From assembly GCA_010093745.1 (NCBI GenBank), contig MU005963.1, forward strand, positions 268,217 to 332,216: a stretch of 64,000 nucleotides of DNA, written 5' to 3'. Of this stretch, positions 44,342-56,003 are shown in pieces. Below the pieces are notes generated by a model that worked only from the letters and a program-made list of their open reading frames with translations, was not told the DNA's origin and ran no database searches. The position numbers and the translations under genes were made by a program. Source of the DNA: Piedraia hortae CBS 480.64. Taxonomy: Eukaryota. How positions within the stretch are numbered: the first letter of the stretch is position 1; each line of letters begins with the position of its first letter.

Positions 44342-46005
44342 ATGAGTGGAACACCACTCACCTTACCGAATTCATCGGGGCTTGCTCTGTATGCAGATCG
44401 TGAGGACAGTCGCTGGCTACTCCTTGGGCTCCAGTCTTGTTCTGCAGTCCGACAACACGCGAAAATGCATTCCACAAGAGTTTTGCCCACCACCACCACC
44501 ACCACCACCAAGAATGCATTTACCAACATCGCGATCTCCTGATCGCCCACCAAGGACCAAACAAACATTAGGATGGAAACCAATCTGTGGGCAGCGCGAG
44601 ATCCAAACGTTCGCCTATCGACCTCACCGGGGCGATCGCCTGTAATCACCGAAGGTCTTCGCAGCCCCGTCCAGAGCTTGCATCCGGAGCTACTTCACGG
44701 GATGGAATCGCTGAATAGCCAAAGTGACTTTGGCATAGCGGTCATGACGGACGTCTTTGACGATGCGCTCGGCGAAGGTGATCAAGCCTACGATAATCTC
44801 ACTGACGTGGACCTGATGGGAGGCCAAAACTCGACCAGCAAGCGATTAAGGTACACTTAAGCCCCCGAAGAAGACGAGAAAGAAGGAACTGGCGAAAGCT
44901 TTCGAGACTCTCGGCCTACAGCATAAGGCTATTAGAGAATAGACACAAGCCCGAATTTCAATGACTCACTGAACGAGATTCTCAACGCTCCCGATAGAGG
45001 AAACCTTCCCTCGCCTTCCTGGCCAACAGTTGCGCACTTTCCCTTTCCACCAGGGATGAACGTGCATAAAAGCGAACGACACATAGCCGCGCACGCGATC
45101 GCTCACGAACTGACCCTCCAAGCCCTGATCCGTGACAAAGTCACCCTGCCAAACTCCCCACAGCCTGTTACGGCCGCGGCAGGCCGAGTGCCAATGCTAG
45201 CCAAAAACATCCCTTCGTTTCCCCATTCGCGCTCAAGCACCACCGCAGCGAAAAGAGTGAGCTTTTTGCCTCCACCGCAGATCGACTCTTTGAGGAGGGC
45301 GGAGCCCATGAAGGAGGTTGTCAGGACGCCGTATCCCTTTAGCCCATCACTCTCGGTCCCTTCAGATGACGGGCGGGTTACCGTTTCTGTTCGTCGGAGG
45401 AGAAGAAAGGGAGAGCGTAGTTTTCCATTCCCAACGCCACGGAATGAGAAAGAGGCCAAGGAGGATGCTGACGATGAAAAGTTCTTCCTCACGCCGTGGA
45501 AGGAATACAAAGCCCTGGCAGGAGTGTGGCCTACCTTTGGTGCGAGGCGACTATTCGCCGGGGAGTTCTACCCCTCTCTACAGCAAGACAAGGGAGATGT
45601 GCTCAAGCATCTGGGGAGGCCGGCACTGGCCAAAGAGAAAAGGGAAAACGCTGCTTGGGCTACTGGTTCAAAGAAACAGGGTGCCTTGGATGAACAGCCT
45701 GCTACGCCGGGGAGCGGAGACACGACGCTTCGCGGTCACAGAAGACTTGAAGTGGCGTAGAGATTCATCCTGCTCTCAGGATGACCGCTTCGCGCAAAGT
45801 CGAATTTGTGTTTGGGTTTTCACGAAGAAGGGTTCTGATAGCAGTGTTTTTTGTCCTGCTTTTGAGTGTTGCCGCGGTACTGCTCTGGACTACTATAGGT
45901 GTGAGCGATGGTGGCAAGCATGGGCTGAAGTTTGCCGGGGATAGGCTTGGTCCTGGAGTTGCCTTGGGCATTTGTGTACTGCTTTTCGGTCTCGTTGCAG
46001 CCTGA
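44342..46005 (+). pseudogene. Disrupted gene for a Pro/Ser-rich protein with two C-terminal TM helices
   Basis: ORFs 44270, 44573 and 45056 share one frame, separated by stops. A frameshift leads to the hydrophobic tail 'VEFVFGFSRRRVLIAVFFVLLLSVAAVLLW...ALGICVLLFG'. I found no convincing introns that remove the stops. Confidence 0.5.
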
Positions 46006-46074
46006 AGGATATGTTCGTGGAATGCGATTTGAGATATCTCCATGGGGTGCAATTGTAATGGATAGTATTCTTCT

Positions 46075-46135
46075 ACATATTCGCTTCGCTTAGATATCTG
46101 ATTCCACATATTCGCTTCGCTTAAGTATCTGATCC
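46075..46135. repeat. Tandem duplication of a ~31-bp unit (ACATATTCGCTTCGCTTA-RR-TATCTGAT)
   Basis: Two near-identical copies, 46075-46105 and 46106-46135. Confidence 0.9.
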
Positions 46136-46199
46136 AAAGGAACTGCTACCGTCACGTTCATAAACGCACAGACACAGACATCTCAAACCAGGCTGTAAG

Positions 46200-46500
46200 A
46201 TGATAAGCCTCCGTTATCGGGGAAAGTCGGGGGAACGGAGATAAGGACAACCAACCAATCACGTTTTGCAATCCTCACCTCACCCTAACAACGACGAGTC
46301 GAATTTTGGATGCCACGCCCTCTCTATGAAGTTGAGATAAGCAAGATGGCAAATTCATCTAGAAGCTGTTCATCCGGTCTCGGCTGCGGCCTTATAACGG
46401 CGAATTCGGCGTAAAAGCACACACCCTTTCGTCTCTCTCCCCCCTACCGTCCCCTCTCTTTCGCGCGCAAGTCCCCACCTTTTTTTGGGCCCTTATCTCG
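46200..46500. promoter_or_regulatory. Cluster of GATA (AreA/Nit2-type) sites upstream of the ammonium transporter
   Basis: GATAAG at 46202, 46240 and 46336; TTATC at ~46214; CTTATC at 46492. Fits nitrogen-catabolite control of Mep/Amt genes. Confidence 0.65.
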
Positions 46501-46671
46501 CTGTGTTGTTTGGTTCGGCTGATTGCGACTGTTGTGTATCTTAGCTCGCTCACTCCGCCACGACCCGGGGAATCTTTTCTGCATTTCTCTACTTGAAACT
46601 CTTCCTCACCCGGGCCTGAGTCTATCCACAGGTGTGCGTGTTTTGCTGTGAACTATTGTTCAAGTACCGGC

Positions 46672-48360
46672 ATGTCGTATGCATGGGTTGGCGCCCCAGC
46701 GCCCTTCAACGGGACAAACGAACACATTGGTGGTGATTCGAGTACGTAGTCGTTCGTCCCTTTCCCCAGGTTCATTGTGCTGAGATGTGACTGTAGGAAC
46801 AACAAATCTCAACCAATGGTTCCAATCAGGAGATCAGGCCTACATCATCGTGGCCGCGGCCATGGTGATGATCATGGTCCCTGGTCTTGGTTTTCTCTAC
46901 TCGGGACTTGCAAGGCGAAAATCCGCCCTTAGCATGATTTGGGCTTGTATGGCCTCATGCTCCATCATAACTTTTCAATGGTATTTCTGGGGCTATTCCC
47001 TGGCCTTTAGCCCGTATGCAACCAACGGTTTTATCGGGGATTTGAGAAAGTTTGGCTTGATGAAGACCCTTGCCGCACCGAGCCCAGGCAGCCCGCTCAT
47101 CCCGGATCTGCTGTTCGCTTTCTATCAGGTATGTGTCTCTGCTTTGCTCTTTGTGGGGCCAAAGGGCTTACAGATAAGTTGCAATTCTGCGCTGTTACGG
47201 GTGCAATTGTGGTCGGCGCTGTGGCCGAACGAGGCCGACTGATCCCCTCAATGGTCTTCATCTTCTTCTGGGCCACGCTCGTCTACTGTCCGATTGCCTG
47301 CTGGGCGTGGAACAGCAACGGGTGGGCCTATAAATGGGGTGTACTGGACTACGCCGGCGGCGGGCCCGTTGAAATTTGCTCCGGCATGTCGGCTCTTGCA
47401 TACTCGATGGTCTTGGGGCGAAGACAGGAAAGGATGATGCTCAACTTTCGCCCGCACAACGTGTCGTTGGTAACGCTCGGCACTGTGTTGCTCTGGTTTG
47501 GCTGGCTGGGCTTCAACGGCGGCTCGGCATTTGGGGCAAATTTGAGAGCCACCATGGCGTGCTGGAACTCCAACTTGACTGCAATGTTTGGCTCAATAAC
47601 TTGGGTGCTACTGGATTGGAGATTGGCACGAAAGTGGTCGATGGTTGGATGGTGTTCAGGAACAATCTCAGGCCTCGTCGCGGCGACACCAGCGTCGGGT
47701 TTTATCCCCCTCTGGGCTTCGGTGGTCTTGGGTGTCATTACGGGTGTTGTGTGCAATTTTGCAACAAAAGTCAAGTACTGGATTCGCATTGACGATGCAA
47801 TGGATGTGTTCGCCGAGCACGGTGTGGCCGGCATGGTGGGCTTGCTCTTCAACGCCTTCTTCGGCGCGAGATACATCATAGGCCTGGACGGCGTCAATGG
47901 CTTAACAGCTCACGGTGGCTGGGTCGATCATCACTGGAAACAAATTTACATCCAGCTGTGTTATATCCTTGCCTGCACTGCCTACTCGTTTGTCATGAGC
48001 GCCATCATTGCATTGGCCATCAACTGGATACCGGGCCTTGCCCTGCGCGCATCAGAGGAGGCCGAGTTACTCGGCATGGACGACGACCAACTAGGAGAGT
48101 TTGCCTACGACTATGTCGAAGTACGTCGGGACTACCTTGCCTGGACACCAGCAAAAGCTGAAGAAGATGGCGTATATTCCGTTCCGCTCGGCGAGCGCCA
48201 CGGCATTCCCCAGCACAGCGAGATGCTGGAAGCGAAGGTCGGAAGCGAGACAGCAGGAAGCGAGCACACTGGCATCGGGGGCGACAGACATGCCATTGGT
48301 ATCGCAGAAGCCAACGCACACCGACGCAGTCAACAGGCCGATGGTGTCTCGGAGAAATGA
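46672..48360 (+). CDS. Ammonium transporter (Amt/Mep family, MeaA-like; introns 46742-46796, 47129-47178)
   Basis: 'GLGFLYSGLARRKSAL', 'FQWYFWGYSLAF', 'GAVAERGR', 'LDYAGGGPVE', 'LWFGWLGFNGGS', 'GLVAATPASG'. Confidence 0.96.
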
Positions 48361-48525
48361 AACCCATCTATGCCATGTACTCAATTTTAATGTGATTTAG
48401 GACATTGAAGAAATGAAAAAACTTGTTTCCGTCAGGGCACTACATCTATGATCAAGAATAATAAAGAAACTCCCAAGCTGTTCAATCTGTTCTTTGCAAC
48501 AAGAGCCAAACACAAGGCCAGACAT

Positions 48526-49152
48526 TTACATCAAAGCGACCAGTCCCAGCAGGCCCAAGATCATGCTTCCTGACCCAGAAACTTTTCCAGCAGCACCGGT
48601 GTAAGTGGCCATGGGCGAAGTCGTTCCATTTCCGACGCCAGTTCCAGAGGGGGAGGTCAGGGTGCCGTTGCTGGCGGGATAAGGCACACCGGCGGCGGAG
48701 CCAGACGTTGAAGGGGAGCCAGAGGCGGCGGCAGGGCTCTGTTCACCGCTAGCAGCAGCAGAGCCGGCCGCGGGTGAGACATCAGTACCAGCGGAGCTAG
48801 CGGCGGCGGGGGCAGCAGCACCGGTAGCTGCGCTGCTACCTGCGGCGGCATCGGCCGTGGCAGAGGAAGAAGCATCCGCGGGGGCACCAGTTGCGGTCGC
48901 CGCGGCGGCGGCAGATCCGGAAGGCGCGGCAGACTTGGTCACGGTGAAAGTTCCGGAGCTCAGGGTCAACATGGTTGGCTCAGAGACGGTGATGGTCGAG
49001 CCTGCATGCGTGACCTCGGTGGCCTTGGGGCACCAGGTTGTGAGAGCCGTGACGACCTCGGTGACATAGACGTCGGAAGAGGACTCGTCAGCGGCATTGA
49101 CGGTGGCAGCAGCAAGGCCGATGACGGCTGCGGTGGTAACGGAGAAACGCAT
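48526..49152 (-). CDS. GPI-anchored Ser/Ala/Thr-rich cell wall protein (Sed1/Ccg-6-like repeat)
   Basis: Signal peptide, 'VTEVVTALTTWCPKATEVTH...TVSEPTMLTL', low-complexity linker, 'YTGAAGK' plus hydrophobic C-terminus. Confidence 0.88.
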   Translation of the reverse strand: MRFSVTTAAVIGLAAATVNAADESSSDVYVTEVVTALTTWCPKATEVTHAGSTITVSEPTMLTLSSGTFTVTKSAAPSGSAAAAATATGAPADASSSATADAAAGSSAATGAAAPAAASSAGTDVSPAAGSAAASGEQSPAAASGSPSTSGSAAGVPYPASNGTLTSPSGTGVGNGTTSPMATYTGAAGKVSGSGSMILGLLGLVALM

Positions 49153-50634
49153 GGTCGGTTTGATATGATATGAAAGCCTGGGCGTTTAGGTCCTCTGGGT
49201 TTGACAATTGATGTTGGTGTGATGGAAAACGAACGTGGTGAATTTGTTAAAAGAACGAGGGGAAAGGGAGCGTTTACTTATTGGAAGCCAACGGGCAAGG
49301 GGAGTTATTTTGAGGAAAAGGGACTGGGTGACCCTTGCGCTATGTACTTGGTCCATGTCGAGTCGAGGTCTTGAAGATCATCTGGAAAGCACTTCTTTTC
49401 TCTGTCTCCCCTGAATTTGCTTCAATATGGAGGCTTACCCACGGTAAACTCATTCGCATCAGAATCATTAATATACACAGAGGTTCCTCTCCAACACAGT
49501 AAGCAGTGAAAGAACAGAAGATAAATTTAAAACATGTCTTACCCAACCTATGAGTCGTTTGCATCTCGAAATAGCCTGAGTCCGAGACATCGAAAAAAGG
49601 AGGTCGGTGCTGTTCAGCCAATCGAGCAAGACGTCCTTGCTAGTTCATTGAAGCGTTTGCAAATCGTAGGACAAGGATCAATTGGTTGACCGAACAGGTG
49701 CCGATCATGTTCTACCAACAACCAACCAATCAACAGCGAGATCCAATCGTGTGTAGTTGTACAACTCGTCTATTGCATTGGTGCAACAAGGCGACCAACC
49801 GTCAGTCTTAGCTTGGAACGATGGCCGGGCACTAAGGTCTAAGCGTTCATGGACATTATCCTGGAATTCCGCATCGTAGTTAACCAAGCTCTTTTGCTCT
49901 CACAGAGCAGACCCTTTTTCGCGGAGCGATGGTACTCATAATACGCCCAGTCATCTTTCGGTGCTTCCTCACAAAAGATCCAATCAGGTACATCAACAAT
50001 TCTAGCTGCCATGTTATGTAGCGTAATTAGCGCAAGAGTCTCCCTCAATAGCAATGAACTTCAGAAGCCAAGTCTCGAGCCCATAAGTAAGGTAAAGCAT
50101 GGTCATATGATACAGACTCGATGCAAAAAAGGAATCATAGTCTCCCTTGCAGTAGGATAATCTAAACGTCCCTGATGGCAGTCACTACAGTTTTGAGGGC
50201 ATCATGCAAGCAATCCCTGAGCCTACAAAATGCTGGACGCTGTGGGCTTGACCTTGCGTCTTCGAATAAAAGCACAGTAAAGTCATGCAAGACTTCCACG
50301 GCGACCTTGTAACATGGGGAAGAGATGCAGGTAGCCTGATATCTAGTAGGCACCCCACTGCGGTCTAGGATCAAGTGCCGCCGCCGCTATCGGACGCATG
50401 ACATCTAGCTCAACGGGTTCCATAGCCAATTCAAATCAGCCACCATCCTAAACTGACCAGCCCTGGATAATCAAAGCTCGTCAAACCAAAAAGGCAGCAG
50501 CCTCACACCCTCTCCACATCAACTCCCCAAATCGTCCAAATCCAGTCACCGTCTCCACCGGCGTTCATCGGCCCGACCCTCCCGCCTAACCTCACCTCCA
50601 AATATACCACCTGTAATCCCATCCCAATCAAAAA

Positions 50635-51207
50635 ATGCGCCGCCAGCTCCTAACAAAACACCGAACGCTGCTCCGTCGACCCTACACCTCCGCCTCCAAG
50701 TCCCCAGGCAAAACCTACTTCACCCTCTTCCCCCAAACCTTCCCCCCTTACAAACGAAACCTTACTCCGGACCTAAAACTCCTACGCAAAGAATTCCTGC
50801 AACTCCAATCCGTCTCGCACCCAGACATCTCCTCTGGCAAAAGCAAACTCAACTCGTCGGTGATAAACGAAGCATACGCCACGCTGCGCGATCCGCTCAA
50901 ACGCGCGGAGTATATATTGTCGCTTCATGGTGAGGCCGGCGCGGATCCAGAGGGGATAAGTGGCGATGATGGGGGTTTGCTTCTCGATGTTTTGCAGGCG
51001 AGGGAGGCGGTTGAGGAGGCCGACTCCGCCGCAGAGGTGGAGAGGTTGAAGAGGGAGAATGATTCGAGGGTTGAGGCCGCTGTGAAGAGGATTGAGGTGG
51101 CGTGTGAGGAGGAGGATTGGGAGGAGTTAAGGAAGCTTACTGTGCAGCTGAGGTATTGGAGGGGGATTGCGGAGTCGTTGGGCGAGAAGGAGGAGGTTGT
51201 TACTTGA
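50635..51207 (+). CDS. JAC1: Mitochondrial Fe-S co-chaperone Jac1/HscB
   Basis: Arg-rich presequence, 'TYFTLFP', J-domain 'LRKEFLQLQSVSHPD', 'INEAYATLRDPLKRAEY', 'LRYW'. Confidence 0.92.
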   Translation: MRRQLLTKHRTLLRRPYTSASKSPGKTYFTLFPQTFPPYKRNLTPDLKLLRKEFLQLQSVSHPDISSGKSKLNSSVINEAYATLRDPLKRAEYILSLHGEAGADPEGISGDDGGLLLDVLQAREAVEEADSAAEVERLKRENDSRVEAAVKRIEVACEEEDWEELRKLTVQLRYWRGIAESLGEKEEVVT

Positions 51208-52618
51208 ATTTATTTGCGTGGGTTGTCGGGAGGGCATGATGGGTGTGGTGATTTAAGGTGAGGGGGGCTGTTGGATTGTGGAGCGAAGGGTCTAGTCTTT
51301 TTTCCTGCGCGCACAGCCTCGAGCCTTTGGCATTCGAATGAGAGCAGACTCGCCATCTGTGGTTGGGACTGCTTGGCCAGCGGTTGCCACAACCGCAACT
51401 GTTTACAGCCATCTAACTGGCTCATGTCCTCTATTTGTTTGAATACGATTTTGGGATCTTTTCAAGGCACTGCAAACAATTAATACGATATTTGTTTCGG
51501 AAGGAAATGCGTCTAATTATTGCCGCATTTCATGATCCCCGAAATGATTTCTCATTGGCAAGGAGCGACCTGTCTTCCTTTCAATACAGCCAAACCTGTA
51601 TATAGCAGACACCGGATCCACCGGGTCTCTTTTTTTTTTTAGCGGACTGTTAGTAACCTCACTTTGGTCTTCGAAAAGGCGAAGCCTCACTATAGCGGAC
51701 AAAGTTTCTTTGCCAGATCGATCCGCTATAACCTGTTTCAACGATAAACCACTTCCTGAATGTTACCACTAGCGTCACTGAAATACAAACGGACATCAGC
51801 CACTTATGATAATACACTCTTCGGCGCAGATATCATCCTTAATTGACGATAATCATTTGAGGCATTAGGCCCTTCCATAAACAATCCACCCCTTGAATGT
51901 TTCCGGACCTAACCACATTCAAGGGAATAGCGAGGAAATATTCACCTCCACCGTACCCAATCGCTAAGTAAAAATTTCCCATGGATAAGGCCCTTGAACT
52001 CCGGCCCGGGCCGCAGACCGTCTTGGCATGTTTGCGCACTTTCCCCTTGAGCTAATATCGGGATGAAAGCTTTCCTTGCGCAACTGTTATATAGAACTCC
52101 TCGCTCGTGGAACTTCTAGCTTAAGGGCTACACTGGCGTAGAATGGAGGATTGCTGGTCGCGTACGTGGCTTGCGAAGTTTGTGATGTATCCTCTCTCCA
52201 AAGGGGATCACTTTTGGGTGTTCTTCATAACGCATTGAGATTGTTGGGGGTGCTCACCATGTTGGATATGTAATGCTGGGAGGTTGGGGTATGAAGCAAG
52301 CAAATGTACAGCTGTCAATTCTGTCCTTTCCGTGGTTGTGCATGTTCTTAGTTCCATTGACGTTGGGCTGTCATCTGTTTTTCCAGGCGCACTCTTGCGA
52401 GATCGCGGGACAGTGGATATAGACTGTTCCATGACTCAAGATGGCATTGATTCAAACTAGGAATTATGGTTTATCACGAATGGGTGAGATGTCAGAGCCG
52501 GATGTCCAGTGGAGCACAGTGGTCCAAAATGTAGGTCTACAAAAATTCGTCCGCCTGCCTGCCACAGCTCATAACCACGTTCCATAACAAACATACCTAC
52601 GTGAGTAATAAGTGTATT

Positions 52619-54994
52619 CTACGCACCCCCAATCGCATCGGTCAAAAGCTCGGCAAGTCGTGTAACCGGATTCTCTGCCACCGTTGCATGAGTAATACAT
52701 TCACACACTTGCTTGACCCCAATGTTCAGCCTATGATCCGCGGGGACCACAGAGGCAATCTCAGCCAGGATTGCTTGAACATCTCTGTCGGAAAATTTTG
52801 TCGTGAGGTTATTTCGGAGAATGTTCCCTAGTTCTTGGGGTGTCTGGACATTGGGAACAGGGACTTGCTTTTGAAAGCCGAGTTCGAGATTTTCGACTGC
52901 ATTGCGGTTCGAGGTCGTAGCAATGACCAAGAGGGAGCGGCCAGGCGGAGGTTTCTTACGCATCGAGCCGTCCACGGTGGCGAGCACGAAGGAGCTGAAG
53001 CGCGGGCCAGTGGAATTCCAGCCGACAAGCCGCTCAATGTCATCGAGGACGAGCACGTTCAGCGGCGACTTGTAAGAGTCGGCGAACGTACGGGTCAGGT
53101 GCTGCACGCGTTCAGCATCGTTCATGCTTGACACGTCGTATCGAGACACCATGCGGATAAAAGGAAAGCCGGACTCCATGGCGATCTGCGCCGCCAGAGC
53201 GGTCTTGCCGCTGCCCGGCGGTCCGTAGAGGATAGCAGTGAGCAAGCGCATTTTGCCGGTGCGCACCTGCTGCACAAGCTCACGCCCATATTCCAGAATG
53301 CTGTCTATTTGTGGGCTGAAATGGATGATACTGCCTTCCACGGCCTCCTTGAACGGTTCATCACTGACACCGAAGAGGGGATGCACATCATCCAGTGCGC
53401 TGATGAGGTCAGCCTGGCAGATTTGCACATTGATGATGTCGTCCTTCAGAGCCGCTTGCGTGCCAACCTTGATATGCCGCTGGATTGCATTCGACTGGGC
53501 TGCCTTTACTAGGCCGTTGAGCTCGGCGCCCGAGAAGTTACGAGTCCGAGCCGCCAAATCAGCCAGGTTCACGTCCTTGGCCAGCATGTTGTTCGCAGCC
53601 ATCTTGGCCGTATGAATCTTTAGAATCTGTTCTCTCCCCGGCTCGTCAGGGAGCGGAATCTCCATCTGCACTTCAAGACGACCCGGACGAAGGAGGGCTT
53701 CGTCTATCAAGTCTTTACGATTCGTCATGCCGATAACGAGGATATTGTTCAGCTGTTCCACACCGTCCAGCTTTGACAAAAGCTGGTTAACAACATTATC
53801 CCCTACACCAGTCCCACCACTCGACCCCGAGCCACGCTGCTTGGTGATCGCATCCAACTCATCGAAGATGATGATATGAAGACCCGACTTATCGCCTTCA
53901 GCCTTCTGCTCAGCTTCTGCGTCCGCGAACAGCTTCCGAATGTTCTCCTCCGACTGGCCCACGTACTTGTTCAGAATCTCTGGCCCGTTCACAATCTTGG
54001 GCTCCCTTGCGTTAAGCATTTTCCCAATCTGACGGGCCATGAGGGTCTTTCCTGTCCCTGGTGGACCAAATAGGAGCAAGCCACGTACATGGTTCAAGCC
54101 CATCTTTGCAGCCAAACCTGGCGGAACCAGTCGAGAGGCAAACGCACGACGAAACACACTGCTAAACTCTTTATCGAGGCCGCCAATGCCTAGGCTCTCA
54201 AACTTGAAGTCCGGCCGCAAGATGCTATTGGTAGGCCCTCGGGTTGTTGACCCCGTGATTTGGATAGGCGATCGAGCGTCTTTGAAGTAATTGACAGCCG
54301 TCTCTAATGTCAGGATGCCCCTCGCCTCGTGATGAGTGGCTCTATGTGCCTCGTTGATTCCTGCACCGCCTTTGAGGGCCGACAAATCGACCAGATCCAC
54401 GGTGCGGACAATCATTCTTAATGGTAAGCTTCTATAATCCATAAGCAACTGCTGGCCGGGCGCAAATATCTGGCTTTGGAAGACATGGGTAAATGCCTTT
54501 GCCAGCTCATCTTGGTCAATGGGCTCGGTGGTGGATTTGCGGCCGGCGAAGCTGACCTCGATGTCCATAGCGCCGACATATGCCTGTTTCCCCTGGGCAA
54601 ACGGATCGTACAGCTGTGCTGTGATGGTATCGGTCAGTGAAGTCCCCATCCACGACCGTTGCGGTTCGCTGAGACCGATTTTACCGCGCTCCATCGATGG
54701 CGCAGGGCGTGCTGTGAGCACGTACAGCCCGTTGATGAGCAGGTAAGCATCCTCTTCCCCAGGGCCGGGAAAGTCATAGGGGTTTATAGCACACACGTTT
54801 CTATAAGTGAATGCATCGTCAGGGCTCTTTGCTGTGCGCAAAGAAATCCCCCTAGCCGGAGCATGGCTTTGGGAAAACGCTGGAGATTTTTCATCTACGC
54901 GGCTCCGAGGGTCTGGCGAGGGCCGTTGTGTTCGTCCTGGAGGACCTGGCTGTCCACCAGGTGCTTGACCGCGATTGTTGAAAAGCCTGTCCAT
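52619..54994 (-). CDS. SEC18: Vesicle-fusion AAA ATPase NSF/Sec18
   Basis: 'GIGGLDKEF...FRRAFASR', 'GPPGTGKT', 'IIFDELDAI', 'ALLRPGRLE', second Walker A 'GPPGSGKT'. ATG at 54994. Confidence 0.97.
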   Translation of the reverse strand: MDRLFNNRGQAPGGQPGPPGRTQRPSPDPRSRVDEKSPAFSQSHAPARGISLRTAKSPDDAFTYRNVCAINPYDFPGPGEEDAYLLINGLYVLTARPAPSMERGKIGLSEPQRSWMGTSLTDTITAQLYDPFAQGKQAYVGAMDIEVSFAGRKSTTEPIDQDELAKAFTHVFQSQIFAPGQQLLMDYRSLPLRMIVRTVDLVDLSALKGGAGINEAHRATHHEARGILTLETAVNYFKDARSPIQITGSTTRGPTNSILRPDFKFESLGIGGLDKEFSSVFRRAFASRLVPPGLAAKMGLNHVRGLLLFGPPGTGKTLMARQIGKMLNAREPKIVNGPEILNKYVGQSEENIRKLFADAEAEQKAEGDKSGLHIIIFDELDAITKQRGSGSSGGTGVGDNVVNQLLSKLDGVEQLNNILVIGMTNRKDLIDEALLRPGRLEVQMEIPLPDEPGREQILKIHTAKMAANNMLAKDVNLADLAARTRNFSGAELNGLVKAAQSNAIQRHIKVGTQAALKDDIINVQICQADLISALDDVHPLFGVSDEPFKEAVEGSIIHFSPQIDSILEYGRELVQQVRTGKMRLLTAILYGPPGSGKTALAAQIAMESGFPFIRMVSRYDVSSMNDAERVQHLTRTFADSYKSPLNVLVLDDIERLVGWNSTGPRFSSFVLATVDGSMRKKPPPGRSLLVIATTSNRNAVENLELGFQKQVPVPNVQTPQELGNILRNNLTTKFSDRDVQAILAEIASVVPADHRLNIGVKQVCECITHATVAENPVTRLAELLTDAIGGA

Positions 54995-55767
54995 AGTGCT
55001 GTTGTTGAGTGCTGCCGTCCTATCATAAGGTACACCCCCGCCATGAACCGAACCCGAACAAGACCCAACATTGGAGACGCCACGTATCACAGATCACGAA
55101 ACGAAGTGGATAAAAACATTCTTTAGCATATTCTGAATAAGACTATCTACTTAAATTTATCGTTTGCGCTCCGAGAAGTGTTTGATATCGGTTCAAAGCT
55201 GGGCTTCGAGGACCCGTGTCGTCAATTGATGTCACGTGACCGCATGCAATCCACATGAAACACTCGTCCAATCGGCGTGGTTGGGCAAGATCAACGAAGA
55301 AAGATGTACGACGCAATCCAGGGCTGCGGACCTTGTGCACCAGAGCCAGTAGCACTAGTAGACCATGCTAGTGTGTCTGAATGACATGTATACTGTGAAG
55401 TATCATAGCAGCATAGAAACCGCACCCGCCTATGTAGAGCTGATGTGGATAACTACACCCGCGGGGTAGTAATCCATCTTGTTGAGTCCTCAAGTCACGG
55501 TGAGCTCATCACTCTGTCCACACAAAGAGAGAGATTATAAACATTTTGGCATTTCAAGGTTGACAAGGCAAACATGTCGAGTCGTGCCTTCCGTTTTCGT
55601 GTATGACAGCGACGAGTCACTCTCCCCACTGATCGTTATTCGTAACCTTTCAGCAACCTAGAGCCCGGATGTTGCACATCCAGGGGGAAACTTCCCTTTT
55701 GGATGCATCACCATCGCTTCGGGAAGTTTTTGCGAGATGGAAAACGACAGGCGCAGTCGGACCAACT

Positions 55768-55783
55768 CCCCCCCCCCCCCCCC
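55768..55783. repeat. C16 homopolymer
   Basis: Run of 16 C. Confidence 0.9.
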
Positions 55784-56003
55784 GGTCGGTCAATATCATG
55801 CGCCTTGACAGATCACCGACCGGGGTCAATGCACACACGAAACTCAAAGGTAAACATCGTAAAGAAGACCATACTCATGAGCATTTATCGTACAAGTCGA
55901 AGTGCTGTCCTACCCCGTAAACACCATTTGTAGCGCCCAGAAAAACAGTTTGAACCCAATCTTGAACCATCAACTCCCCCATTTCCATAAAGCCGCAAAA
56001 GAT

